Below are positions 25,868-32,695 of a stretch of 35,455 bases of DNA, in pieces (positions within the stretch are counted from its first letter, which is position 1; each line of letters opens with the position of its first letter). The stretch covers positions 1 through 35,455 of the forward strand of contig CACYCW010000054.1 of the NCBI GenBank assembly GCA_902773015.1, read 5' to 3'. The notes under the pieces were generated by a model, which worked only from the letters and a program-made list of their open reading frames with translations, did not search any database and was not told the origin of the DNA. The position numbers and the translations under genes are program-made. This DNA comes from an uncultured bacterium. GTDB lineage: Bacteria; Verrucomicrobiota; Kiritimatiellia; RFP12; UBA1067.

Positions 25868-27183
25868 GACGGGGAAGCGTGCTCATCATGGTCCTCTGGA
25901 TCATCGCCGTCCTCGCTGTGATGGTGATGTCCTTCGCCTTCGAGGCCCACCAGCAGGCGGGCATCAACGTCTACATCCGCGAGCGCAACCGCGTCAACCG
26001 CCTCATCGAGCCCGGACGGATCCTCGGCGAGGTGGTGATGCTCGGGTTCAACGAAGCCAAGGAGTGGACTGAGGACGAGAAGGTCGAGGAACTCCTCGAG
26101 GATGACCGGTGGTATCGGGAGAAGCGTGCGCTCAAGTTCGACACGCGCTGCACGATCGGGCCGATCCTGCTTGACGAGGAGGACCCCGAATCCGGCACGG
26201 TGAAGGTCGAGATAGAGCTCGCCAACTCGGGCGCGGAGAACGGCATCAACATCAATGAGCTCTACTCCGGCGGCGACCAAAACTACGCGCTTCGCTGGCA
26301 GATGATCCTCAGGACCGCCGGCATCGACGAGGAACTCGAGGTCGAGGCTCCCGAATCGGACGGACGTGGAACGAAGCGCCACAACCTCATGAACCTGCTC
26401 ATTGCCTCGTGGAACGACTGGCGCGACGATGATGACAACGTCTCCCGCGGTCCGCTCAGCGAGAACGACCCGGAGGACGACGACGGCGCGGAGTCGAAGT
26501 GGTACGAGGAGTGGGATGAGAACATCGAGAAGGAGGCGCGAAGCAAGGAGGAGCGCAATGCCGTGGCCGAGGACCGTCGGCGGCCCCGCAACGGATCGAT
26601 CCCCGACATCAAGGAGCTCGGCTACGTGAGGGGATTCCGAGACTTCCCCTCGATCCTCACCGGCGGCCGGCTCTATGACGGCACGGCGCTTGCGGAAAAA
26701 TTCGACAAGGACAAGGATTCCGAGGACAATCCCCAGCTCACCGGCATCGCCAGCATCTTCGGCACCTCGGGGAGTTCCAAGGTCGTCATCAACCCGCAGA
26801 CGACAATCGATCAGCTCATGACAATTCCGGGCATCTTCCAGAACAGCGGCAATGTCGATGATGACCGCGAGGACAGCCTGGAACTGGCGCAGGCGATCCT
26901 CGACACGCTCAAGGTTAAGCCCGAGGACTATGACGTCGACGAGACACGTGACTGGTGGCCTTACAAGGACTGGGCGGACCTGTGCACGCGCGTTGAGGAC
27001 AACTACAGCGGCAATGTGGAGCTGGGCGAGGAGGCCCAGCAGTACATCGAGTGGCAGCCGAGTGAGACGAGTGTCTTCAAGATGAAGATCATCGGCGAGT
27101 CGATGGGCATGAAGCGTGAGGTCAGCTGCAAGTGCTACATCAAGGACAAGAAGGTCCGCTACCTTGAATGGAGGGAGGATTAG
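25864..27183 (+). CDS. Minor pseudopilin, GspK-like
   Basis: ATGA overlap. 'MRRGSVLIMVLWIIAVLAVMVMSF' (GspK-type N-terminus lacking Glu5). Size about 440 aa, highly acidic middle. The upstream 184 aa of the 25312 ORF overlap gspJ and are rejected. Confidence 0.65.
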   Translation: MRRGSVLIMVLWIIAVLAVMVMSFAFEAHQQAGINVYIRERNRVNRLIEPGRILGEVVMLGFNEAKEWTEDEKVEELLEDDRWYREKRALKFDTRCTIGPILLDEEDPESGTVKVEIELANSGAENGININELYSGGDQNYALRWQMILRTAGIDEELEVEAPESDGRGTKRHNLMNLLIASWNDWRDDDDNVSRGPLSENDPEDDDGAESKWYEEWDENIEKEARSKEERNAVAEDRRRPRNGSIPDIKELGYVRGFRDFPSILTGGRLYDGTALAEKFDKDKDSEDNPQLTGIASIFGTSGSSKVVINPQTTIDQLMTIPGIFQNSGNVDDDREDSLELAQAILDTLKVKPEDYDVDETRDWWPYKDWADLCTRVEDNYSGNVELGEEAQQYIEWQPSETSVFKMKIIGESMGMKREVSCKCYIKDKKVRYLEWRED

Positions 27184-27191
27184 GAGGAAAG

Positions 27192-28088
27192 ATGAAGCTG
27201 ATTGACGGTAAGGCACTGGCCGCGAACCTGCGCGGGGAGATCGCCGCGGGTGTCGCGCGGCTGAAGGAGGAGCGGGGCGTCGTGCCCGGGCTTGCGGTCA
27301 TCCTCGTGGGGGAGAACCCGGCGAGCGTGAGCTACGTGACGGCGAAGGAGAAGGCGTGCGCGGCGGCCGGCATCAGTTCGCGCGAGATCCGGCTGCCCGA
27401 GACGGCGAGCGAGCGCGAGCTGCTCGAATGCATCGAGCGGCAGAATGACGATCCTGCCATCCACGGCATCCTCGTGCAGCTGCCGCTACCGAAGGGGTTT
27501 GACGAGAAGAAAGTGATCGATGCCATCTCACCGGAAAAGGACGTTGACGGCTTTACGCCCGTCAATGTCGGACGCATGATGATCGGCGAGCCGTGCTTCC
27601 TGCCGTGCACGCCGCATGGCATCATCAAGCTCATCGAGTTCGCGGGCATGGACCTTCGCGGGCGGCACGCGGTCGTGATCGGGCGCTCGAACATCGTCGG
27701 CAAGCCGGTTGCGGCGCTCCTCGCTCGTCGGGAGACGAACGCGACGGTGACCCTTTGCCATACCGGTACGCCGAGCATTGCGCGGTTCACGCGCGAGGCG
27801 GATGTAGTCATCGTCGCGGCGGGGCGCCCCGGTACGCTCACCGGTGACATGCTCAAGCCCGGCGCGGTTGTCATCGACGTCGGTGTCAACCGCGTAGCCG
27901 ATGCGACGAGCGCGCGCGGTTACCGACTCGTCGGTGATGCGGATTTCGCCTCGTGCGCCAAGGTCGCCTCGGCGATTACGCCGGTTCCCGGCGGTGTCGG
28001 ACCGATGACGATCACCATGCTGCTCTGGAATACCCTTGAAAGTGCGCGAAATAAAAGTCTCATTTGCCCTATTGACGCACGAGGGTAA
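27192..28088 (+). CDS. folD: Bifunctional methylenetetrahydrofolate dehydrogenase / methenyl-THF cyclohydrolase
   Basis: 'MKLIDGKALA', 'VILVGENPASVSYV..K', 'LVQLPLP', 'DVDGF', 'TPHG', 'GRSNIVGKP', 'PVPGGVGPMT'. SD TAGGAGG. Confidence 0.95.
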   Translation: MKLIDGKALAANLRGEIAAGVARLKEERGVVPGLAVILVGENPASVSYVTAKEKACAAAGISSREIRLPETASERELLECIERQNDDPAIHGILVQLPLPKGFDEKKVIDAISPEKDVDGFTPVNVGRMMIGEPCFLPCTPHGIIKLIEFAGMDLRGRHAVVIGRSNIVGKPVAALLARRETNATVTLCHTGTPSIARFTREADVVIVAAGRPGTLTGDMLKPGAVVIDVGVNRVADATSARGYRLVGDADFASCAKVASAITPVPGGVGPMTITMLLWNTLESARNKSLICPIDARG

Positions 28089-28100
28089 AAATTGATACAA
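28071..28100 (+). promoter_or_regulatory. Promoter of the RRM-protein gene: -35 TTGACG, 18-bp spacer, extended -10 TGATACAAT (inside the folD 3' end)
   Basis: Read directly. Shares CCCTATTGACG and about 77% identity over 35 bp with the trp promoter at 28562-28596. Confidence 0.6.
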
Positions 28101-28172
28101 TTACCACGCTGCTCGGATATGGTGGGCGGGTGTCCACCGGTTCGGGTGCGTAAAAACAGAAGGAAAGCAAAG

Positions 28173-28502
28173 ATGGAAATCTATGTTGGTAACCTCGCGT
28201 ATGCGACGACCGACGAAGGTCTCAGGTCGGCATTCGCCGCCTACGGTGAAGTTACCGCCGTTCGCGTTGTCACCGATCGCATGACCGGTCGCAGCAAGGG
28301 ATTCGGCTTCGTCACGATGCCCGACGCCGCACAGGCGCAGGCGGCGATCGACGCGCTGAACGGACATGAGCTCGATGGACGCACCGTACGCGTCAACGAG
28401 TCGCAGCCCAAGCCCCGCGAGGAGCGCGGCGGCTTCCGTGGCGGCCGTGGCGGCGGTTTTGGTCGCGGTGATCGCGGTCCGCGTCGCGAAACCCGCTGGT
28501 AA
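28173..28502 (+). CDS. RRM-type RNA-binding protein with C-terminal RGG tail
   Basis: RNP2 'IYVGNL' and RNP1 'KGFGFVTM'. Tail 'RGGFRGGRGGGFGRGDRG'. SD-like AGAAGGAAAG upstream. Confidence 0.9.
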   Translation: MEIYVGNLAYATTDEGLRSAFAAYGEVTAVRVVTDRMTGRSKGFGFVTMPDAAQAQAAIDALNGHELDGRTVRVNESQPKPREERGGFRGGRGGGFGRGDRGPRRETRW

Positions 28503-28524
28503 TCGGATTCCGATTCTGCAATTG

Positions 28525-28561
28525 AGACACGATTTGCCTCGGCAGATCGTGTCTTTGGATT
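28525..28561 (+). terminator. Rho-independent terminator after the RRM gene
   Basis: 9-bp perfect stem AGACACGAT(28525-28533)/ATCGTGTCT(28546-28554), 12-nt loop, followed by TTGGATT. Confidence 0.6.
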
Positions 28562-28566
28562 CCCTA

Positions 28567-28596
28567 TTGACGTTGGAAGGGAAAATTTGGTATACT
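28567..28596 (+). promoter_or_regulatory. trp operon promoter: -35 TTGACG, 18-bp spacer, extended -10 TGGTATACT
   Basis: Read directly, about 24 nt upstream of the leader-peptide ATG. Confidence 0.65.
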
Positions 28597-28619
28597 GTGT
28601 GCGTAAAGAGAAAAAAGCA

Positions 28620-28676
28620 ATGAACTTTCTGATGAACGACAACTGGTGGTGGTGCCTGGCTCTTGGAGCGAGGTAG
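28620..28676 (+). CDS. trpL: trp leader peptide MNFLMNDNWWWCLALGAR (three consecutive Trp codons)
   Basis: atg aac ttt ctg atg aac gac aac tgg tgg tgg tgc ctg gct ctt gga gcg agg tag. Lies between the promoter and an intrinsic terminator, upstream of trpE. Confidence 0.75.
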   Translation: MNFLMNDNWWWCLALGAR

Positions 28677-28720
28677 CACCGCCATTGTTGTTTTTCACGC
28701 ACGTGTCAGCGGCCTCGCTT
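28666..28720 (+). promoter_or_regulatory. Putative antiterminator pairing of the trp attenuator
   Basis: GAGCGAGG (28666-28673) can pair with CCUCGCUU (28713-28720; 8 bp including one G-U). That sequesters the left arm of the terminator. An alternative 8-bp stem is GGUGGUGC (28648-28655)/GCACCGCC (28676-28683). Confidence 0.55.
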
Positions 28721-28747
28721 CGGATGAAGCGGGGCCGTTTTGCATTT
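28711..28747 (+). terminator. trp attenuator intrinsic terminator
   Basis: GGCCuCGCUUC-GGAU-GAAGCGgGGCC hairpin (28711-28736) followed by GUUUUGCAUUU. Ends 49 nt before the trpE ATG. Confidence 0.7.
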
Positions 28748-28795
28748 GGCGATTCAGTTATCAGTCAACAACTCAACCACAAGGAGAACAACGAG

Positions 28796-30259
28796 ATGCT
28801 CAAGCAAATGACAGAGGCGGAATATGCGCGGAAGGCATCGCATGGTGGCGTCATCCCCGTTTACCGCGAATACCTGGCCGACATGGACACCCCGGTGTCC
28901 GCATTGGCCTATCTGGATGACGACGAGGACGCGTTCCTCCTCGAAAGCGTGGCGGGCGGTAGTGGCGCGCGCTACTCCTTCCTCGGCGTCGAGCCGCGGG
29001 AGACGCTGATTGCGGACGGCAAGACGGTGCTGTCGCGACAGGCGGGCGGGGCACTCGATTTCGTCGCGTCCGACGGAATCCTCGATGCGCTCAAGTCGCG
29101 CCTCGCCGAGCGCGGCTTCCGCCCCGATCCTGACTTGCCGCCGCTCCAGGGCGGCGCCGCCGGCTACCTCGCCTACGACGCAATCGCCGAGTTCGAGCCG
29201 CGCGTCACCCTCACGCGCGAACCCGGCACGCCCTCGGCTGCATTCATGCTCTCTGAGCACCTGATCGTGTTCGACAACCTCCGCCGCACGGTGACGGTCA
29301 TCGTCGCGGCGGACACGGCGGATCCGGACGGCTACGCCCGCGCCCGCAACAAGATCGACGAGCTTTACGCACGCTTCTTCCGCCGGGAGCGTCCGCTTCC
29401 GCGCCGCCACCGTCCCTCGTCGGGGGAGGAGGGGTTCAAGCCCGAGATGTCCGCCGAGGAGTTCGCCGAGATCGTCGCCCGGTGCAAGATCGACATCCTG
29501 AACGGCGAGTGCATCCAAATCGTGCCCTCGCAGAAATTCACGCGCGAGAGCGATGTTGACGCGGTGTCGCTCTACCGGGCGCTTCGCATGGTGAACCCCT
29601 CGCCCTACAACATCTTCATGAAGCTTGGCGACCGCACGCTGATCGGCTCTTCGCCGGAGGAGCTCGTGAAGCTCGAGGGCCGTCGGGCGACGACGTGTCC
29701 GATCGCCGGGACGCGTCCGCGCGGTGCGACGCCGGAGGCGGACGCGGCGCTCGAGCGCGACTTGAGGGGCGACGTGAAGGAGAACGCCGAGCACGTGATG
29801 CTCGTTGACCTCGGTCGCAACGACCTCGGACGCGTCTGCGCGACTGGGAGCGTGCGCGTCGGCTCGTTCGCCCACGTCGAACGCTACTCGCATGTGATGC
29901 ACCTTGTCTCGGACGTGGAGGGTACGCTCGCTGAGGGGAAGGACGGCTTTGACCTCCTGCGCGCGGCATTCCCGGCCGGCACGCTCACCGGTGCGCCGAA
30001 GGTGAGGGCGATGGAGCTCATCGCCCGCTACGAGAAGTCACCGCGCGGCATCTATGGCGGTGCCGCCGGCTACTTCAGCTACTCCGGCGACATGGACTTC
30101 GCGATCGTGATCCGCACGCTCATCAAGTCGGGGCGGACGCTCACGATGCGCGCAGGGGCCGGAATCGTGGCCGATTCCGATCCGCTCAAGGAATACCAGG
30201 AGACCATCAACAAGTCAAAGGCCGTCTTCGAGGCGGTCAAGTTCGCGGAGGCATTATGA
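28796..30259 (+). CDS. trpE: Anthranilate synthase component I
   Basis: SD AAGGAGA. 'IPVYREYLADMDTPVSA', 'LLESV', 'GYLAYD', 'PSPYNIF', 'GTRPRG', 'EHVMLVDLGRND', 'GAPKVRAMELI', 'GIYGGAAGYF'. Confidence 0.95.
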   Translation: MLKQMTEAEYARKASHGGVIPVYREYLADMDTPVSALAYLDDDEDAFLLESVAGGSGARYSFLGVEPRETLIADGKTVLSRQAGGALDFVASDGILDALKSRLAERGFRPDPDLPPLQGGAAGYLAYDAIAEFEPRVTLTREPGTPSAAFMLSEHLIVFDNLRRTVTVIVAADTADPDGYARARNKIDELYARFFRRERPLPRRHRPSSGEEGFKPEMSAEEFAEIVARCKIDILNGECIQIVPSQKFTRESDVDAVSLYRALRMVNPSPYNIFMKLGDRTLIGSSPEELVKLEGRRATTCPIAGTRPRGATPEADAALERDLRGDVKENAEHVMLVDLGRNDLGRVCATGSVRVGSFAHVERYSHVMHLVSDVEGTLAEGKDGFDLLRAAFPAGTLTGAPKVRAMELIARYEKSPRGIYGGAAGYFSYSGDMDFAIVIRTLIKSGRTLTMRAGAGIVADSDPLKEYQETINKSKAVFEAVKFAEAL

Positions 30260-30897
30260 TCCTGATGATTGACAACTACGATTCGTTCACCTACAACCTT
30301 GTGCAGGCGTTCCGTTCGCTCGGCGCCGAGATGGAGGTCGTGCGCAACGACGCGATCGACGTCGATGGCATCCGCGCGCTCCGGCCCGCCGCACTCGTCC
30401 TCTCGCCAGGTCCGGGCAATCCGGATTCGGCTGGCGTGACGCTCGCGGCGGCGAAGGCGTTCGCGGGGGTGGTGCCGATCTTCGGCGTCTGCCTCGGACA
30501 CCAGTCCGTGGCGCAGGCGTTCGGCGGACGCATTGTGCACGCGCAGCGGCTGATGCACGGCAAAACAAGCGCGATCACACACGACGGGAAGGGTGTCTTT
30601 TCGGGACTTTCCCAGGGGTTCGCGGCGATGCGCTACCATTCGCTCGCTGTCGAGCGCGCGACGCTGCCGGAGTGCTTCGAGATCTCGGCCGAGTCGGAGG
30701 ACGGGGAGATCATGGGACTCCGGCACAGGACGTTCCCGATCGAGACGGTGCAGTACCATCCCGAGTCGATCGGCACGCCCGAGGGTGAACGCCAGCTCGC
30801 CAACTTCTTGAAGATGGTCGGAGGCGATCGCGGGCAAGCGACAGCGGTCGACGGCAATCGTCAGCACTCGGCGGTGGCCGTGAAAGGAGTCCGATGA
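30256..30897 (+). CDS. trpG: Anthranilate synthase component II (glutamine amidotransferase)
   Basis: 'MILMIDNYDSFTYNLVQ', 'SPGPGNP', 'GVCLGHQ', 'VQYHPES'. ATGA overlap with trpE. The C-terminal ~20 aa are encoded by the TCGAC repeat. Confidence 0.95.
   Translation: MILMIDNYDSFTYNLVQAFRSLGAEMEVVRNDAIDVDGIRALRPAALVLSPGPGNPDSAGVTLAAAKAFAGVVPIFGVCLGHQSVAQAFGGRIVHAQRLMHGKTSAITHDGKGVFSGLSQGFAAMRYHSLAVERATLPECFEISAESEDGEIMGLRHRTFPIETVQYHPESIGTPEGERQLANFLKMVGGDRGQATAVDGNRQHSAVAVKGVR
30838..30880 (+). repeat. 10-bp-phased TCGACrGC repeat (4 units) at the trpG 3' end
   Basis: cgacagcgg/tcgacggcaa/tcgtcagcac/tcggcggtgg. Contains the CGACagcgGTCG mini-palindrome. Confidence 0.55.
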
Positions 30898-32639
30898 ACA
30901 CCCGTGAGATATTCGACCGCATCATGTCGGGCGAGATGCCGGCTGATGAGATTAAGACGGTGTTGACGCGCTACCATGAGCGCGGCATCACGCCCGACGA
31001 CCTGATGGCCGCGGCATCCGCGATGCGTGCGGCCGGCGTGAAGGTGCGTTGCGAGAATCCCGACGCGGTCGACATCGTCGGCACCGGCGGCGACTTCGCC
31101 GGCACTTTCAATGTGTCGACGGCGGCGGCCTTCATTGCGTCCGGCGCGGGCGTCACGATCGCCAAGCACGGCAACCGCGCCGCGACTTCGCGCTGCGGCA
31201 CGGCGGACGTCCTCGAGGCGCTCGGCTACGACCTCGGAACGTCGCCCGAGGCAATCGCCGAGGGGATCGCCCGAAACGGCATCGGTTTTCTCTTCGCGCG
31301 CAACCTGCACCCGGCGATGCGTCACGTCGCGTCGGTGCGCAAGGAACTAAAGTTCAAGACGATCTTCAACTACCTCGGGCCGCTCACAAATCCGGCGGGC
31401 GTGCGCCAGCACGTCATCGGCGTCGCGGACGCCTCGATGCTGCGCACCTTCGCCGAGGCGCTCGATAGGCTCGGCTCGCGCGGGGCGCTCATCGTCTGCG
31501 GCAAGGACGGCCTCGACGAGATCTCCACCGAGGGCCTCACCCGGTTCGCCATGCTGCGCGACGGCATTGTGAGCGAGGGCGAGATCGACATCGCGCGCCT
31601 CTGCGGCGAGAGCCATGGCGTCGAGGAGATCGCCGGGGGTGACCCGGAGGAGAACGCAATGATCCTGAAGGGCGTTCTCAACGGCGGACTGCGCGGTGCC
31701 TATCGCATGGCGGCCGTCGTCAACGCGGCGGCGGCGATCTGGGTCGCCGATCGCTCACGCAGTCTCAAGGAGGGGATTGCCGTGGCCGAGAAATCCATCG
31801 ACTCGGGGGCGGCGCTCGCGAAGCTTGAGGCGTTTCTCGGCTCGGGGGGACGCCGTGCGGACGGCGACATCCTCACCGAGCTCGCTTCGCGTCGTCGGGC
31901 GGACGCCGAAAGCGGGTCGCGCGTGAGGGACTTCGCCGCGGCGTTTCGTGGGCCGGGGCTTCACGTGATCGCCGAGCTTAAGAAGGCGAGTCCGTCGAAG
32001 GGGCTCATCCGCCCCGATTTCCGTCCGTCAGAACTCGCGGCGGAGCTCTCCGCCGCAGGCGCGGCGGCTCTCTCGGTGCTCGCCGAGCCGCACAAGTTCC
32101 TCGGCGGCGAGGAGAACGTGCGGCGGGCGCGGGAGGCGACGGAGCTGCCGATCCTCTTCAAGGACTTCGTGACTACCGAGTACCAGGTGCTGCGCGCGCG
32201 CGCCGCCGGGGCGGACGCGGTGCTGCTCATCGCGGCGGTTCTCGACGACGCGGCGCTCGCCAGACTGCTCGCCTGTGTGCGCGGATACGGCATGGAGGCC
32301 CTCGTCGAGACGCATACGGCTGAGGAAATCGACCGCGCGGTGCGGGTTGGCGCGCGGGTCATCGGCGTCAACTGCCGGGACCTTCGCACGTTCCGCACGG
32401 ATCCCTCGATCACGGCGGCACTTCTCGGTCGCATCCCCGCGGACCTCGTGAGGATCGCCGAGAGCGGCATTCGCGGTGCCGACGACCTAAAAGCGCTTCG
32501 CGCCGCCGGAGCCGACGGCTTTCTCATCGGCGAGACGCTCATGCGGGCTGAGCGCCCGGGCGAGGCTCTCGCGCGGCTTCGAGAGGCCGCAGATTCGACA
32601 GCTATCGACGGCGATCGACAGCAATCGAATCGACTGTGA
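30894..32639 (+). CDS. Fusion protein: anthranilate phosphoribosyltransferase (TrpD, aa ~1-335) plus indole-3-glycerol-phosphate synthase (TrpC, aa ~336-581)
   Basis: TrpD: 'VDIVGTGGD', 'NVSTAAAF', 'KHGNRAATSRCGTADVLEALG'. TrpC: 'VIAELKKASPSKGLI', 'LSVLAEPHKFLGG', 'PILFKDF', 'GADAVLLIAAVL', 'ESGI'. One uninterrupted ORF, ATGA overlap with trpG. Confidence 0.9.
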   Translation: MNTREIFDRIMSGEMPADEIKTVLTRYHERGITPDDLMAAASAMRAAGVKVRCENPDAVDIVGTGGDFAGTFNVSTAAAFIASGAGVTIAKHGNRAATSRCGTADVLEALGYDLGTSPEAIAEGIARNGIGFLFARNLHPAMRHVASVRKELKFKTIFNYLGPLTNPAGVRQHVIGVADASMLRTFAEALDRLGSRGALIVCGKDGLDEISTEGLTRFAMLRDGIVSEGEIDIARLCGESHGVEEIAGGDPEENAMILKGVLNGGLRGAYRMAAVVNAAAAIWVADRSRSLKEGIAVAEKSIDSGAALAKLEAFLGSGGRRADGDILTELASRRRADAESGSRVRDFAAAFRGPGLHVIAELKKASPSKGLIRPDFRPSELAAELSAAGAAALSVLAEPHKFLGGEENVRRAREATELPILFKDFVTTEYQVLRARAAGADAVLLIAAVLDDAALARLLACVRGYGMEALVETHTAEEIDRAVRVGARVIGVNCRDLRTFRTDPSITAALLGRIPADLVRIAESGIRGADDLKALRAAGADGFLIGETLMRAERPGEALARLREAADSTAIDGDRQQSNRL

Positions 32640-32677
32640 TCGACGGCAATTGACAGCCGTCGTCGGCAAACGACAAT
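32595..32677 (+). repeat. Largest 10-bp-phased TCGACrGC repeat array (8 full units plus one 5-bp half unit), spanning the trpDC stop and the spacer before trpB
   Basis: Unit starts at 32595, 32605, 32615, 32625, 32630, 32640, 32650, 32660, 32670. Embedded perfect hairpin CGACGGC-aattgaca-GCCGTCG (32641-32662). Confidence 0.65.
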
Positions 32678-32695
32678 TATCCAAAGGAGAAAACA

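Noticed and set aside
28121-28150. tRNA-like signal (GGTTCGGGT resembling a T-loop) in the RRM gene leader.
   Set aside because: No acceptor stem, D-arm or anticodon arm can be drawn around it. It fits a simple 5' UTR hairpin.
28646-28795. 50-aa upstream extension of trpE.
   Set aside because: It would run through the leader-peptide stop and the attenuator terminator. The canonical TrpE N-terminus with SD AAGGAGA starts at 28796.
32595-32677. The TCGAC arrays as a CRISPR array, or as TRAP-type (G/U)AG binding sites for trp regulation.
   Set aside because: The units are 10 bp with no spacers, far too short for CRISPR. TRAP sites are triplets spaced by 2-3 nt, not 10-nt-phased GAC, and copies also occur outside the trp operon.
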